DNA of 64,000 nucleotides from Clostridia bacterium (GTDB lineage Bacteria > Bacillota > Clostridia > TANB77 > CAG-465), in assembly GCA_045534225.1 (NCBI GenBank), contig JAZSJJ010000004.1, positions 57,750-121,749 on the forward strand, read 5' to 3'. Under the pieces are notes generated by a model. It had not been told where the DNA came from, did no database searches, and saw nothing but the letters and a program-made list of their open reading frames with translations. The position numbers were made by a program, and so were the translations under genes. Of the stretch, positions 62,685 to 64,000 are shown in pieces. Numbering within the stretch: position 1 is the stretch's first letter; the number at the start of each line of letters is the position of its first letter.

Positions 62685-64000
62685 TTAATCTGCCGTTTCA
62701 TATTGTCTAATAGTATCTCTTAAATTATTTATTTCTTCTTTTTGTTCATCTATTGTATTTTGTAAACGTTCTATTTTATCTCTTAAGTTTTCATTTTCGT
62801 TTATTTGTCTTTGAATTTCATATTCATTAGATATTCTTTTATCATTGTTCTCTTGAATTTTTTCTATGTTTTCTTTAGACGCATAAATGTATACTTCTGC
62901 CACATAAGGATAATCTTTTATTTGCTTGTTATTTATATCTTTTATTATTTGTTTTATTAAATCTATTGTTTTTAGTTCATCACTACCACAATATATTTCA
63001 ATTCCATGATTTAAATCATGGACATAGCATTTAGCGTATTTAGTGTAATTTACCACTATTTTAACATCTTTTATATCCGTTTCAATATATCTGTATGCAC
63101 AGTTATATGTATTAAAAGCAAAATCTTCTTTCATTTTATATACATACTCATCAGACATAGTAAATGTATTATCATTGTTTTCTATAACTTCAAAATTTGC
63201 AAATCCTATTAGTATTAATCCTATGCTTATTCCCATTATTACAAGTGAAGCTAAAAATGTTAAGCCAACTCTAGTCTTATTAAATTTCCTATTTACAATA
63301 AAATCATAAAGTATTTCTAATATTACAAAGTTACCTATAAGTAGTGCCGCTATTAGAAGTACCGCTCCTACAAATAACATACCAGTCTTTATGAACAACA
63401 TACTTAGTACTAGAAGTGTACATAGTGATACAAATGTAAATACAAATAGCAAACCCAAGCAAATCACTACAAACTTTATAAAAGATAATACTATGTTGAA
63501 TAGTCCATTTAAGAATTTAGAACTTGAATGATTTGGATCACGAATTATTACCTTTTCTTTTTTCTTTTCTATAAAGATTTTCTTTTTATCTGTATTTTCG
63601 CTTTCTGCTTTATCTTGTTTTTCTCCCTTGTTATCTCCTGCTTCTTCTACGTTTTCTTTTACTATTTCGTAATAGTCTAAATATCTAACCTTAAATATAT
63701 GTAGCAAAACTGTAGTTCCAGCAATTATTGAAAAGACAATATATATTGCTTCTAATATATTTCTTAATCCATAATAATAGAAGTCTCTAAAAATAGTTCC
63801 AAAAACATTGTTAGCTATATAATCTCCTACTGCTCCTATTAATAAAAATACTAAGAATATTAAACAGAACATAAAACATTCTTCTATAATACATTTTAAC
63901 TTTTGCTTCCACTTCATACTACTAAACATATCTATAGTTTTAGTTATAAAATTAAAGAAGTCTTTTGCATATTTGTTTACTACGCTTTTGGATTCTTTTG
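62685..64000 (-). CDS. Partial multi-TM protein with C-terminal extracellular and coiled-coil region; start lies beyond the window
   Basis: Frame stays open from 63929 to the window end (KESKSVVNKYAKDFFNFITKTIDM...). Confidence 0.75.
   Translation of the reverse strand, partial: KESKSVVNKYAKDFFNFITKTIDMFSSMKWKQKLKCIIEECFMFCLIFLVFLLIGAVGDYIANNVFGTIFRDFYYYGLRNILEAIYIVFSIIAGTTVLLHIFKVRYLDYYEIVKENVEEAGDNKGEKQDKAESENTDKKKIFIEKKKEKVIIRDPNHSSSKFLNGLFNIVLSFIKFVVICLGLLFVFTFVSLCTLLVLSMLFIKTGMLFVGAVLLIAALLIGNFVILEILYDFIVNRKFNKTRVGLTFLASLVIMGISIGLILIGFANFEVIENNDNTFTMSDEYVYKMKEDFAFNTYNCAYRYIETDIKDVKIVVNYTKYAKCYVHDLNHGIEIYCGSDELKTIDLIKQIIKDINNKQIKDYPYVAEVYIYASKENIEKIQENNDKRISNEYEIQRQINENENLRDKIERLQNTIDEQKEEINNLRDTIRQYETAD

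Overview
64 kb of chromosome from a low-GC (roughly 30% by eye), spore-forming Clostridia-type Firmicute, with most genes on the minus strand. Core content: fabG; glmS with its glmS ribozyme; DUF4321-radC-mreBCD-mrdA; mscL; ugtP-like glycosyltransferase-mtaB-CapA; ligA; pgsA; a heterodimeric ABC exporter; serS; engB; tdk; ftsY; murF; ddl; pcrA; sleB-ypeB; gap-pgk-(orphan)-tpiA-gpmI-eno; adhE-kinase-fucO; tRNA-Met(CAT) and tRNA-Gln(CTG). No CRISPR array, transposase, integrase or prophage is visible. The accessory signal is made of solitary genes. (1) Two type-IV-pilin-like paralogs have near-identical N-termini and highly diverged DUF6273/C-type-lectin-like C-termini, and one is bracketed by a ~59 bp imperfect direct repeat containing a hairpin (cassette-like). 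(2) Three GC-elevated islets carry sigmaA-type promoters, and two of them encode diverged copies of sporulation genes (SpoIIID-like, SleB-like). (3) Also present are a membrane-anchored Mrr-type nuclease, a tandem-repeat coiled-coil protein preceded by an uncalled 41-aa ORF, a RelE/ParE toxin-antitoxin pair, a frameshifted Pr6Pr gene and a candidate small RNA. All family calls come from motif recognition by eye; no searches were run.
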